This document shows positions 29,223 to 38,465 of a stretch of DNA of 64,000 nucleotides, one piece after another. Source of the stretch: Sedimentisphaerales bacterium (GTDB taxonomy: Bacteria > Planctomycetota > Phycisphaerae > Sedimentisphaerales > Anaerobacaceae); contig JAXGYC010000008.1 of the NCBI GenBank assembly GCA_040772485.1, positions 288,001 to 352,000 of the forward strand, written 5' to 3'. Position 1 is the first letter of the stretch. Each line of letters begins with the position of its first letter. The notes below the pieces were generated by a model that ran no database searches, was not told the DNA's origin, and was given only the letters and a program-made list of their open reading frames with translations. Position numbers and translations under genes: made by a program.

Positions 29223-29390
29223 GTAGGGGCGAATGATTATTCGCCCTCACTGACGGGGCATACCCGTTTGTAGTGTCCCCGTAAGGGCATACCGTAGGGG
29301 CGAAGCATGCTTTGCCCTCTCCGCCCGCGCACAGGTGCACTCGGAAGCCCTCCGTACGCATAGTCAACCAGCGTCTCACGACGCCACTAC
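29223..29390. repeat. BIME-like REP cluster
   Basis: GTAG-footed A, B and A copies plus an inverted B' copy. Confidence 0.85.
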
Positions 29391-29510
29391 CCACACGAAC
29401 GCCGCGATTTTTCCTTTGCGCGCCACCTGTTCCTTCGCTATAGTGTCTTCCGGAAGACGATGCGGACCAACATGCGACAGATGACTAAGACACCAAGCGA
29501 CGAATCGCGG

Positions 29511-29570
29511 GCGAATCGGGCACAGCATAGTCAATTCAAGATCGAAATTGGCAAGGCGTCCCCGGAATTC
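29511..29570 (+). repeat. Imperfect palindrome family F, copy 1
   Basis: AATCGGG.CAC..CATAGTCAATTCAAGATCGAAATTGGCAAGGCGTCCCCGGAATT; also at 31463 and 32901. Confidence 0.8.
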
Positions 29571-29751
29571 AGTCCCGGAATTCAGTGAAAGACGTGGCGC
29601 AAACAGAATGATTGCCGTCAAATAGGAGGCTTTACATTAGGTGTTCTTTTCTAGAAGCGAAGGGCTGGGAGCCGAAGCTCACAGCCCTTCTTCTCTTCGT
29701 GTGTCGGAAACCTCACGGCGTCCCGGACCGGATCGCCGGTTGTGAAGGTCC

Positions 29752-30543
29752 CTATGCGCGTTTGCGCAATCTCACGCTTGCCGCGCCGAGGCCGAGAAGG
29801 CCCAGCAGAACCGCGCCCGGAACGGGAACGGGGATGAGGTAATTCTGGGCAAAGGCGATTTCAACAGGGCCTTCCGTGATCGTTGGATTGACCGCAAGAA
29901 GCCAGTTTTGAGATCCGGAGAAATCCGTCAGGTTTTTGGTCGCTGTCTTCATATCGTTATACATGGCAAGTGCGGGGACGTTATAGTTGGTTCCATCGGG
30001 GGGATTCCAATCCGCCCTGTCCGCACTCCTGAACAACCCGTCATACAGATTGAATTGATCTACGCCATCTTTGATGATTTCCCACATGACGAGCTGGGCT
30101 AATGCTTTGTCTGACTGACTCGGATCGCCTCCGGCCGTGTAGCCGTGATTGTCAGCAAGCCACGCCGCAGCCATGTAAGCTCTAGCATCAAGTCCGAAAT
30201 CGTCAAGCGAGCTGTCAACCGAGAGCAGCGTATAGGGCATTGGTGTGGTGGGGTTGTCCATCTCCACCTCGGTACAATAGACATCCCACTCCGAAGGGCC
30301 GCCGTTGATGCTCGCGGTGTAATTCAGGGACCAGGCGTGGTAACCGTCAGAGGCGCCTGACCCATCATATAGGGCACCTATCCACGTTACATAACCAAGC
30401 GGGTAGTTCCAGTAGTAATCACCCGTGCTACTGAGGTTTTCGCCCGTGTTCACAATGGTTGCCTGGCCGACAATGTCGGCATTCGCACAGACCGGGAGAA
30501 CGCACAGTACCGCAATCAGTGAAAAACTCATCAAGTTGTTCAT
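29752..30543 (-). CDS. PEP-CTERM-type sorted surface protein
   Basis: Signal peptide; C-terminal VPVPGAVLLGLLGLG..RLRKRA; markedly lower GC. Confidence 0.85.
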   Translation of the reverse strand: MNNLMSFSLIAVLCVLPVCANADIVGQATIVNTGENLSSTGDYYWNYPLGYVTWIGALYDGSGASDGYHAWSLNYTASINGGPSEWDVYCTEVEMDNPTTPMPYTLLSVDSSLDDFGLDARAYMAAAWLADNHGYTAGGDPSQSDKALAQLVMWEIIKDGVDQFNLYDGLFRSADRADWNPPDGTNYNVPALAMYNDMKTATKNLTDFSGSQNWLLAVNPTITEGPVEIAFAQNYLIPVPVPGAVLLGLLGLGAASVRLRKRA

Positions 30544-30625
30544 CACACCTTCTCCATTCCTTCGTCGTGTGTCTGTGACTTCACGAACACACGCTCTACC
30601 TGTTCACACATGAATTGTCCACTCG

Positions 30626-31288
30626 TTACGCGACAGAGGATTCACAGGTCGGCTGCGGAGGGGCGCGGGCGGCAAGGACAGCGGGCGTGGATTGCGAGCG
30701 GCCCTCCAGGGATGGTACGGTTCCGGCGCGGCAGCGCACCGGGAGTCTCTCGGGCGCAGCGTCCGGCTGGACGAAGCAGACCGCCGCCTCACAGAAGGCA
30801 TCGGGCCCCACCAGATGGCTGTGTCCGATCTGCGGCGGAGCGCCGCTGTGGTACCAGTCCGGGATATGGCCAGGGTGCAGTCTCCTGACCCACGAAGCCG
30901 ACCGGCACAGACCCAGGCTCATCAGGGCATACAGACACAAGTCGAAGCTGCTGTGGCCGTCCGTCAGGACGATCGCACCTGCCGGATCGCATTCGTCCGG
31001 TTCGGCGTCCTCGGCGATGTCAGAGAGTCCACCGAGGCACCGCGCGAAGATGTCGCCGGCAACAGCGGCATCGTCGCGGAGTACGAGGAGGGAGTATATC
31101 CCTAATTCATCGTCGCCCAAGAAGGCTGACGCACCCGAGCCGGCCCCGCCCAGGCCATCGGCTGTTCGATGGGCGGCCACAGGCGCCAGAGGTGCGGTTG
31201 CCGGAGCGCAGACAGGTATCATGTCCGCGCAGAGTCCTCTTTGCCCGAGCGCTACAAAAATGACTGTGAAGAATGTGATCCGGCTCAT
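30626..31288 (-). CDS. Hypothetical protein
   Basis: Signal-like N-terminus; CLYALMSLGLC, IPDWYH.G.P.QIGHSH and terminal RAPP; start uncertain. Confidence 0.55.
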   Translation of the reverse strand: MSRITFFTVIFVALGQRGLCADMIPVCAPATAPLAPVAAHRTADGLGGAGSGASAFLGDDELGIYSLLVLRDDAAVAGDIFARCLGGLSDIAEDAEPDECDPAGAIVLTDGHSSFDLCLYALMSLGLCRSASWVRRLHPGHIPDWYHSGAPPQIGHSHLVGPDAFCEAAVCFVQPDAAPERLPVRCRAGTVPSLEGRSQSTPAVLAARAPPQPTCESSVA

Positions 31289-31462
31289 CAGGGTCACCAC
31301 CCCACACTCAGCACCAGTGCTGCTCATTTGGATGTGGTGCTATAGGAAATCTGCAGTCAATTCTACCGGAGTATATGGGCAAGATCAAGAATAATCCCGC
31401 GAAGAATCTGTCGGCATACACCGCGTTTTCCCATGTGAATACCGGGCAATTAAGGACACCCG

Positions 31463-31508
31463 GCGAATCGGGGGACACCATACTCAATTCAAGATCCAAA
31501 TTGGCAAG
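31463..31508 (+). repeat. Imperfect palindrome family F, copy 2 (right arm truncated)
   Basis: GCGAATCGGGGGACACCATACTCAATTCAAGATCCAAATTGGCAAG. Confidence 0.8.
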
Positions 31509-31546
31509 TAATACAGATTAGGAAAAGTCCTTGCGCGGAAGTGACT

Positions 31547-31662
31547 TTGTCATCCCTTCGACAAGCTCAGGGCAGGCTCTGAGCCTCGCGAAGGATCCGG
31601 TCATGGTATGAGACGCTCTTCTCATTCGTCGCCCAGATCCTTCACTTCGTTCAGGACGACAA
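31547..31662. repeat. MITE-like hairpin (family D) with nested ~24-nt element
   Basis: TTGTCATC[CCTTCGACAAGCTCAGGGCAGGCT]CTGAGC...AGATCCTTCACTTCGTTCAGGACGACAA. Confidence 0.75.
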
Positions 31663-32281
31663 GGCGGAGCGCACGAATAAATCCCAATCCGTATAAATAG
31701 AGAAGAAGCTCGTCCGTGAGCTGCGCCGGTGAAGGCGGCACCGTCCCTGGTGGCGATTAGAAACTCTGATTCTGTCGGCTTCGTGTCGACAGAGCTCGAC
31801 CGCTCTTGTCATCACCCACACTGGAACTGAAACCTGCCTGAAGCCACTTTCGGAATGGCCCGCCTCCCTGCATGCCATCTGCGTAAATCATACGCGATCG
31901 CTTGTTGCCGGTCAATATTCACAGCGCCGTTTTGAGACGCATTCGGTGTGGTTTTCTTCGATGTTTGGAACCATCAGTGATATAGGCCGCAACGACTACC
32001 TATCGTTCGACCCCGATGTGAACCTGGGTAATATAAGAGACGCCTGAAGGTTGGCAACCGGCTACAGGCACGTGTTCACACACAATCTACAGGACGCGGC
32101 CGACGAAGGGCTTGGGTCGGAGGATCTGGAGGCCGGCGAAGCCGGAGACGGGCGGAACGTGGCGGTCTTGGCTGACGAGGATGCGTTTGCCCGCTCAACT
32201 CCCGGCAGCAGATTGCCGATAGTCGTTAGCGTCAGGCGGGTGCGCGTATGCGAGCACCGCCAGAGGCGGAAAGGAACGAAC

Positions 32282-32683
32282 ATGAAACGCAACCACTTGC
32301 TCGTAGTTGGCGTGCTTCTCGGAGTCGTGGCAACCGTACTGCTTGCCCAGCAGGGATCACCACGGGCGCTGCGCCGATGGGAGTACGCCGTCTACATGAC
32401 CGGCTTGGGTCAGAACGGGAAGGCCAGACTCTGGCAACGAAGCAGCGGACGAGCGGGAGTCACCGAAGCGCGGAGGGACTATGTCTCCGGCGACGAGCCG
32501 TACGAATTCTGCAAAGAGTTGGGCATTCCCTATTCAGCCCCTATCAGGATGGATACTCCGGGCGAGAAGCTCGCGTTCGAACTCGTCGTGCTGGACTACT
32601 TCGGTGATCAGGGCTGGGAACTGGTATCCGCCCCCACGGAACAGGGCGCCGTGCAAAAGCATCTTTTCAAGCGGATCAGGTAA
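32282..32683 (+). CDS. Small secreted hypothetical protein
   Basis: AAAGGA RBS; signal peptide; WEY...GDQGWELVS...FKR pattern. Confidence 0.75.
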   Translation: MKRNHLLVVGVLLGVVATVLLAQQGSPRALRRWEYAVYMTGLGQNGKARLWQRSSGRAGVTEARRDYVSGDEPYEFCKELGIPYSAPIRMDTPGEKLAFELVVLDYFGDQGWELVSAPTEQGAVQKHLFKRIR

Positions 32684-32693
32684 CACCGGGCTC

Positions 32694-32968
32694 GCAGGGG
32701 CGAGGCATGCTTGGCCCGGTTTGTAGTGTGCTCGTGAGAGCATACCTGTTCAGCGAGTAGCCCGCCGGGGCGGGCCACTGCGAACGAACGCCTGATCCCG
32801 ATGCACGTCGAGATCACTTATGAACCGTTTGTCTGTCACATCCGCGCGAGGGCCGCGCAAGGGCGAAGCATGCTTCGCCCCTACGAGCATGTCTTTGCCA
32901 AATCGGGGGCCACCATAGTCAATTCAAGATCGAAACTGGCAAGGCGGCCCCTGGAATGGCCCGGAATT
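32694..32968. repeat. REP cluster plus family F copy 3 (32901-32968)
   Basis: A, B, C and inverted A hairpins; first ~55 bp nearly identical to the cluster at 35284. Confidence 0.8.
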
Positions 32969-33088
32969 GTCGCCGGGTCTGGAAACGTCTTGATGTATGC
33001 CTCGTGCCGGGGTATGTGTATCTCTGGTAGAATGCAGCCGCTGGTCCGTTGGGCGACGACGGGATGGCACACTACGGAGAATCTTGGC

Positions 33089-34531
33089 ATGAAGACAAAC
33101 AGACAGCATGGCGGCAATCGCATCGACAACCGCAGTCCCAAGGTCTCGCGCCGCGCCCTGCTCGGGGGCGTCGCGGCGGGTGTCGCCTTTTCCGTGGTGC
33201 CCCGCCACGTTCTCGGGGGGCAGGGCCATACGGCTGCGAGTGACAAGATCAGCCTCGGGTTGATCGGGCTGGGTGGCCAGGGCCACGTGAACCTGTTCAA
33301 CTTCCTGCAGATGGAGGACGTGCAGGTCACAAGCGTATGCGATGTCAATCGCGAAGGGCCGGGGTACATTTCCTGGGATTGGATGGAGGGTAAGGAGCGG
33401 AAACTGGGCGGGCGAGAGCCGGCCCGGCGTCTGGTGAACGGACACTACGCCGAGCAGCGGGGGCAGAGCACGTTTCGCGGCTGCACCGCCTACGCGGACT
33501 ACCGCGAACTGCTGGAAACGGAAGACGTGGATGCGGTGATGGTCGCCACGCCGGACCACGCCCACGCGGTGATCGTCATGGCGGCCTTGAAGCAGGGCAA
33601 GCACGTGTACTGCGAAAAGCCGCTCGCTTACACGGTTCACGAGGCGCGGGCCGTGACCGAAGCGGCGCGTCGGGCCAAGGTGGCCACCCAACTGGGCAAC
33701 CAGGGACAGGCGTCCGAGGAGGCACGTTTGACCCAGGAGATCATCCTCGACGGCGCGATCGGCCCCGTGCGCGAGGTGCACGTCAATCGGGGTCCCTGCT
33801 TCTGGGATCCGCCGGCATGGGGCGGCCATCGCCCCCCGGACCAGCCGCCGGTGCCCGAGGGACTGGACTGGGATCGCTGGCTGGGCCCGGCCCCGGCACG
33901 CCCCTATCACCCGGCCTACCATCCCTGGCGATGGCGGGACTGGTGGGATTTCGGCACCGGCCCCCTGGGGGACATGGGCTGCCATATCCTCTCGACCGTG
34001 TTCAAGGCGCTCCAGCTCCGCCATCCGGACGGCGTGGTGGCCGAGTGCGCGGAGACCGGCCCGGAGGTCTACCCGCGCCGTTTCAGGGTGACCTATACAT
34101 TCGGCTCGCGTGACGGGATGCCGCCGCTGACCCTGATCTGGCATGATGAGGGCTATGACCCGCCTCGGCCGCAGGCCCTGGAGCCGGGACGCCCCTTGAC
34201 GTCGCCGATCTACGTGGGAGACGAAGGCACGATGATGGACTACCTGCTGATTCCTGAATCGCGGCGCAAGGCCTACGGCAAGCCCCCTCGGGTACTGCCG
34301 CGTTCGCCGGGACAGTACCGTGAGTGGATCGATGCGTGTCGAGGCGGGACGCCGGCGGGTTCGGATTTTGTGAACCACAGCGGTCTGCTGACGGAGACCG
34401 CGCTTTTGGGCAATATCGCCATACGCACGGGCAAGGCGCTTGATTGGGACGGTCCCAACCTCAAGATCACCAACGACGAATCGGCCAACCGATACCTGCA
34501 CCGGGACTACCGGGACGGCTGGACTTTATAA
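33089..34531 (+). CDS. Gfo/Idh/MocA oxidoreductase, Tat-exported
   Basis: SRRALL; IGLGGQG, ATPDHAH, YCEKP, WDRWLGPAP and GDMGCH motifs. Confidence 0.93.
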   Translation: MKTNRQHGGNRIDNRSPKVSRRALLGGVAAGVAFSVVPRHVLGGQGHTAASDKISLGLIGLGGQGHVNLFNFLQMEDVQVTSVCDVNREGPGYISWDWMEGKERKLGGREPARRLVNGHYAEQRGQSTFRGCTAYADYRELLETEDVDAVMVATPDHAHAVIVMAALKQGKHVYCEKPLAYTVHEARAVTEAARRAKVATQLGNQGQASEEARLTQEIILDGAIGPVREVHVNRGPCFWDPPAWGGHRPPDQPPVPEGLDWDRWLGPAPARPYHPAYHPWRWRDWWDFGTGPLGDMGCHILSTVFKALQLRHPDGVVAECAETGPEVYPRRFRVTYTFGSRDGMPPLTLIWHDEGYDPPRPQALEPGRPLTSPIYVGDEGTMMDYLLIPESRRKAYGKPPRVLPRSPGQYREWIDACRGGTPAGSDFVNHSGLLTETALLGNIAIRTGKALDWDGPNLKITNDESANRYLHRDYRDGWTL

Positions 34532-34582
34532 CGACTTGAAGGCGTCCGGCGCGAATGGCACGGAGAAGAGCGGGCGGTGCTC

Positions 34583-34713
34583 GTAGGGGCGAAGCATGCT
34601 TCGCCCTGTTCGTAGTGTGCCCGTGAGGGCATACACATTCAACAAGCAGCGTCTTACGACGCCACTACGAACAAGCGCCTCGGAATAGCCGACCGCGGCG
34701 GACCACTACGAAC
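34583..34713. repeat. BIME-like REP cluster (A, B, inverted B', inverted C)
   Basis: Four GTAG/CTAC-footed hairpins. Confidence 0.85.
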
Positions 34714-34828
34714 GGCGGATCTTTGCTTTGCCCGGCACCCGCGCACCGACTATGATGGGGCCGGGAAGATAACGCGGATCGATCGCTGTCGATCTCGCGC
34801 CGGAACCTCTGAGTGACTGGGAGTGCAC

Positions 34829-35245
34829 ATGGAAACGATTCTGCGAGGCGGTTGCCTGTGCGGCGCGGTGCGGTATGAATGCACCGGCGACCCTGGAAAT
34901 GCCAGCTACTGTCACTGCGACGACTGCAAGAGAGCGACGGGAGGGCCCTACACCGTGGGCGTCCTCGTCCGGGCGGCGGACCTGCGCATCCTCTCGGGCG
35001 AGGTCAAAGGCTACACCACCATCGCCGACAGCGGCCGCAGGATCACGCGCCAGTTCTGTCCCGAGTGCGGCTCGCCGCTGTTCACCCGAGCGGAGAAACG
35101 TCCCGGTCTGGTCTTCCTCAAGGCGGGCAGTCTCGATGAGCCCCAGCGCGTCAAACCGAGCTGCCAGACCTGGACCAAACGGGCCGTACCCTGGGCCTGC
35201 ATCGACCAGAGCCTGCCGTCCTTCCCGGAGAGCCGTCCGACTTGA
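34829..35245 (+). CDS. GFA (CENP-V-like) family protein
   Basis: GGCLCGAVRY, CHCDDCKR and FCPECGSPL motifs. Confidence 0.92.
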   Translation: METILRGGCLCGAVRYECTGDPGNASYCHCDDCKRATGGPYTVGVLVRAADLRILSGEVKGYTTIADSGRRITRQFCPECGSPLFTRAEKRPGLVFLKAGSLDEPQRVKPSCQTWTKRAVPWACIDQSLPSFPESRPT

Positions 35246-35283
35246 ACGGATCGTCGGCGATAAAGAGCGTATGCAGTATGCTC

Positions 35284-35376
35284 GCAGGGGCGAGGCATGC
35301 CTCGCCCGGTTTGTAGTGTGCTCGTGAGAGCATACAAACGCGTCAGAACACCCCGCCGCGGCGGGCCACTACGAAC
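35284..35376. repeat. REP cluster (A, B, inverted C)
   Basis: Near-duplicate of the cluster at 32694. Confidence 0.85.
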
Positions 35377-35438
35377 GATGGCGTCAGGAATTCGGTCGGA
35401 TGGACCGATAGCAGAATTTTCGCAAAGGACATCGAGCC

Positions 35439-36512
35439 ATGAAACGAAGGACGTTCATCAGCGCGCTCGGCGTGGCGATCGCGGCGCTGCTGCCTTCTCT
35501 GGCGGCGCCGACGACAGCCGGACAACCGCCCCAGGTGAGGGTCACCAACATTCGCCGCGTGTTTCACAACGGCGAGCACAACGCGTTCACGGACCTCGTT
35601 CGCTTTCGGGACAGGTTCTACCTGACGTTCCGCAGTTGCCCGGACGGCCACATGGTGCACCCTTCGGCGTCGATCATCATCCTCGCCAGCACGGACGCAA
35701 AGCAGTGGGAACAAGTCCACCGTTTCAGCGTCGCCAGGCGAGACACGCGCGACCCGCATTTTCTCGTCTTCAAGGACACGCTCTTCGTCTACACCGGCAC
35801 CTGGTACTGCGGCCAGACGTCGCCGAAATCGGAAGACTACGACCTGAACCAGCATCTCGGCTACGCCGCATGGTCCAAAGACGGCGCCGAGTGGCACAGT
35901 CCGGTCCTGCTCGAAGGGACGTTCGGCCACTACATCTGGCGGGCCAACGCCTTCGACGGGAAGGCCTATCTCTGCGGCCGGCGAAAGAAGGATTTTGCGG
36001 TCGGGCCGAAAGGGGAAGGCTCGATGGTCGAATCGGCCATGCTCGAAAGCGACGACGGCTTGATCTGGCGGACCCGCGCTCTGTTCCAGGAAATCGACGG
36101 CGACGAGACCGCGTTCCAGTTCGAGCCGGACGGCAGCATCATCGCCATCGGGCGAAGAGGCAGAGCCAACGCCCAACTGCTGAGGTCCAAGAAGCCCTAC
36201 ACGCAGTGGGAACGCCAGGAACTCGACCGCTACATCGGCGGCCCGCTGCTGATGCGCTGGGCCGGCCGCTACGTGGTCGGCGGACGCAAGACCATCGAGG
36301 GCAAGGGACCCACGACCTCGCTGTGCTGGCTCGTGGAGGATCGGTTGCACGAATTCGCCGAGCTTCCCAGCGCCGGCGACAACTCCTACCCCGGCTTCGT
36401 CGAGATCGGCCCGAACCGCGCGCTGGTGTCGTGGTATTCGTCGCACGAGAAAGACGCGACCGGCAAACCCATCACCGCGATCTACCTGGCAGACCTGGAG
36501 TTCGTGGACTGA
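35439..36512 (+). CDS. Exported sialidase-like (BNR) beta-propeller protein
   Basis: KRRTFI signal; HNAFTDL; Asp-box-like STDAKQW, SKDGAEW and SDDGLIW; GDNSYPG. Confidence 0.7.
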   Translation: MKRRTFISALGVAIAALLPSLAAPTTAGQPPQVRVTNIRRVFHNGEHNAFTDLVRFRDRFYLTFRSCPDGHMVHPSASIIILASTDAKQWEQVHRFSVARRDTRDPHFLVFKDTLFVYTGTWYCGQTSPKSEDYDLNQHLGYAAWSKDGAEWHSPVLLEGTFGHYIWRANAFDGKAYLCGRRKKDFAVGPKGEGSMVESAMLESDDGLIWRTRALFQEIDGDETAFQFEPDGSIIAIGRRGRANAQLLRSKKPYTQWERQELDRYIGGPLLMRWAGRYVVGGRKTIEGKGPTTSLCWLVEDRLHEFAELPSAGDNSYPGFVEIGPNRALVSWYSSHEKDATGKPITAIYLADLEFVD

Positions 36513-36575
36513 CGGCCGGGGAGGAACCAGAGGCATCCGGCACACCTTTCGAAAACACCAGAAGGAGAATATACG

Positions 36576-36983
36576 TTGGGAACGCATGCGGGAAGCTGTC
36601 TGTGCGGCGCGGTGGCGTACGAGTTCGACGATCCGGTGGTGCAGTTCTGCTATTGCCATTGTCCGCGCTGCCGGAAGGCGACCGGCTCGGCCCACGCCGC
36701 CAACCTCTTCGTCAGGCCCGATCAGTTTCGGTGGACCCGCGGCCGGGAGCAGGTGAGACGCTACGACCTGCCCGAAGCGAAACGCTTCGCCAAGTGCTTC
36801 TGCGCCACGTGCGGCTCGCCGCTGCCGCACGCCACCCGCGCGGGCGACGGCGTCATCATCCCGGCCGGCTCTCTCGACGCCGACCCCGGCGTCAAACCCC
36901 AGTGCGGCATCTGGTGGTCCGCGCGGGCACCGTGGTATGTTAGTACCGTGGACCTGGAGCAATATGAAGAGGGCCTGCGATAG
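36576..36983 (+). CDS. GFA family protein
   Basis: GSCLCGAV, CHCPRCRK and FCATCGSPL motifs; AAGGAG RBS with TTG start. Confidence 0.9.
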   Translation: MGTHAGSCLCGAVAYEFDDPVVQFCYCHCPRCRKATGSAHAANLFVRPDQFRWTRGREQVRRYDLPEAKRFAKCFCATCGSPLPHATRAGDGVIIPAGSLDADPGVKPQCGIWWSARAPWYVSTVDLEQYEEGLR

Positions 36984-37002
36984 GCGACCAGGAGAATGCG
37001 CG

Positions 37003-37191
37003 ATGAAGCCCAGACGTGATGCTTTTTCGCTGATCGAACTGCTGATGGTCATCGCGATCATCGCCGTTCTCTCGGCCATCCTGCTGGTGGCCCTGGGCAA
37101 GACCAGGAAACAGGCGCAGGACCTGAGGCGCCACTCCGACCAGCGGCAGGACGAGATCATGCAACGGTTGGATGAGAGCGACAATCAATAG
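37003..37191 (+). CDS. Very short prepilin-type N-terminal methylation protein (62 aa)
   Basis: AGGAG RBS; AFSLIELLMVIAIIAVLSAILL. Confidence 0.7.
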   Translation: MKPRRDAFSLIELLMVIAIIAVLSAILLVALGKTRKQAQDLRRHSDQRQDEIMQRLDESDNQ

Positions 37192-37246
37192 GAACTTTCG
37201 GGAGTCAACCTGAAGGCGCCGGGCGTTTTCGCAAGTGTCTGACCCT

Positions 37247-38239
37247 TCATTTGCCCGCAACCGTGTACTCCACACCTCGAACTTCGTCGCGGACTTCTGT
37301 CCCGACTGGAAACTCGAATTGAAAAGTGCTCTCATCTACTTCGACATTAGGGGCGAACTCAAACACCTGCAATTGGCGCGTGACCGTCCCATATACGATG
37401 TTCCCCGAATTGTCATGTGCGCCGACAATCGCCATTTGCGTCGCTTTGGATGGATACCACGTTACGTCAGTGTCCGTCTCAACCTTCGCTGTATCAAGAA
37501 CCACTATCTCATGACCAAGCCTACCATCGTCCAAGAACATTTGAAATCTCATCGGCAACATGCCTTTATCATGAGCAAACCATGTCTTGGACATGACCTT
37601 ACCGCCATGTACGAGTTCCAGAACGTGGCATGGTTCACCGGAGACCATCTCCAGATTCGGCTTGACCACGGTACACGGCTTGCTACTTTCCATGGTATTG
37701 CCAATCATACCACTCACCCATTCCATATATGCAACCTCTCGGCCCTGTGCATCCACGGGAGCGCCAACACTATCCGCAAGCAGATATCTACGAAGACTCG
37801 CCTCCAGAATGGCAGGAGTGGTCCCGATTCGTCCAGATGAAATACGACCTCTCCTCCTTGGACCGTCCCCCCAATACTGCTGGGTGGTCTTTCCGTTGAA
37901 TGCAGACTCGTGAATCTTGAGAGGTTCATCCAGCCCCCCTCCGTTTCGAGAATACCGCAGATGGAATCGTTTCGTATCGCGGTCAATTGTCAGGTCGGCT
38001 ATCTGGAACCTGACCAGATTCTCAAGTCCCACGGCGCTTTTGTTGTCATTCACATCAATGACTCTGTCGGAGAGTCTGAAATGCATTCGGTGAATCCCAC
38101 CATAGCGAGCCCTCCAACCGGCAATCAGCGCCTGCGCATCCAGAAAGGCCGCCTCCTCTGCCAAGGCAATAGACATAGAAGACGCGACACATAATGCCAC
38201 AGTAATCGGGATAACTCGTGCTCGCTCAATCATCTGCAT
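37247..38239 (-). CDS. Secreted hypothetical protein, LolA-like fold predicted
   Basis: AAGGAG RBS; signal peptide; SAFNG, WYPSKA and FQFEFPVGTEVRD motifs; lower GC. Confidence 0.7.
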   Translation of the reverse strand: MQMIERARVIPITVALCVASSMSIALAEEAAFLDAQALIAGWRARYGGIHRMHFRLSDRVIDVNDNKSAVGLENLVRFQIADLTIDRDTKRFHLRYSRNGGGLDEPLKIHESAFNGKTTQQYWGDGPRRRGRISSGRIGTTPAILEASLRRYLLADSVGAPVDAQGREVAYMEWVSGMIGNTMESSKPCTVVKPNLEMVSGEPCHVLELVHGGKVMSKTWFAHDKGMLPMRFQMFLDDGRLGHEIVVLDTAKVETDTDVTWYPSKATQMAIVGAHDNSGNIVYGTVTRQLQVFEFAPNVEVDESTFQFEFPVGTEVRDEVRGVEYTVAGK

Positions 38240-38465
38240 GGCATACTCCTTGCTCTCGCGAATTCCGCTGCCAAGGACAATACGACCAACCACCGTGCTG
38301 TGGTCGAGTTCATCACTTCCGTTCAGTGTCAGTCTACTCTATCGGTCAACGAACGTCAACAGCGGGACCACGGGAGACCTGACAAATCGGGTGTTCTGCG
38401 AGGGCCGAACGTGGTAGGATGGCAGGCGTGGGATGGGCCGGAACCGATGGATTCAGGAGCAGATT

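Larger units (their letters stand above)
27994..29226 (+). repeat. 71-bp direct repeat (27994-28064 and 29156-29226) of the UROD gene 3' end
   Basis: 65/71 identical by manual alignment; brackets the MNT-HEPN pair. Confidence 0.9.

Noticed and set aside
32051..32281. N-terminal extension of the 32282 gene, or an integrase C-terminal remnant (GYRHVF...)
   Set aside because: The RBS and signal peptide point to 32282, and there are no supporting recombinase motifs.
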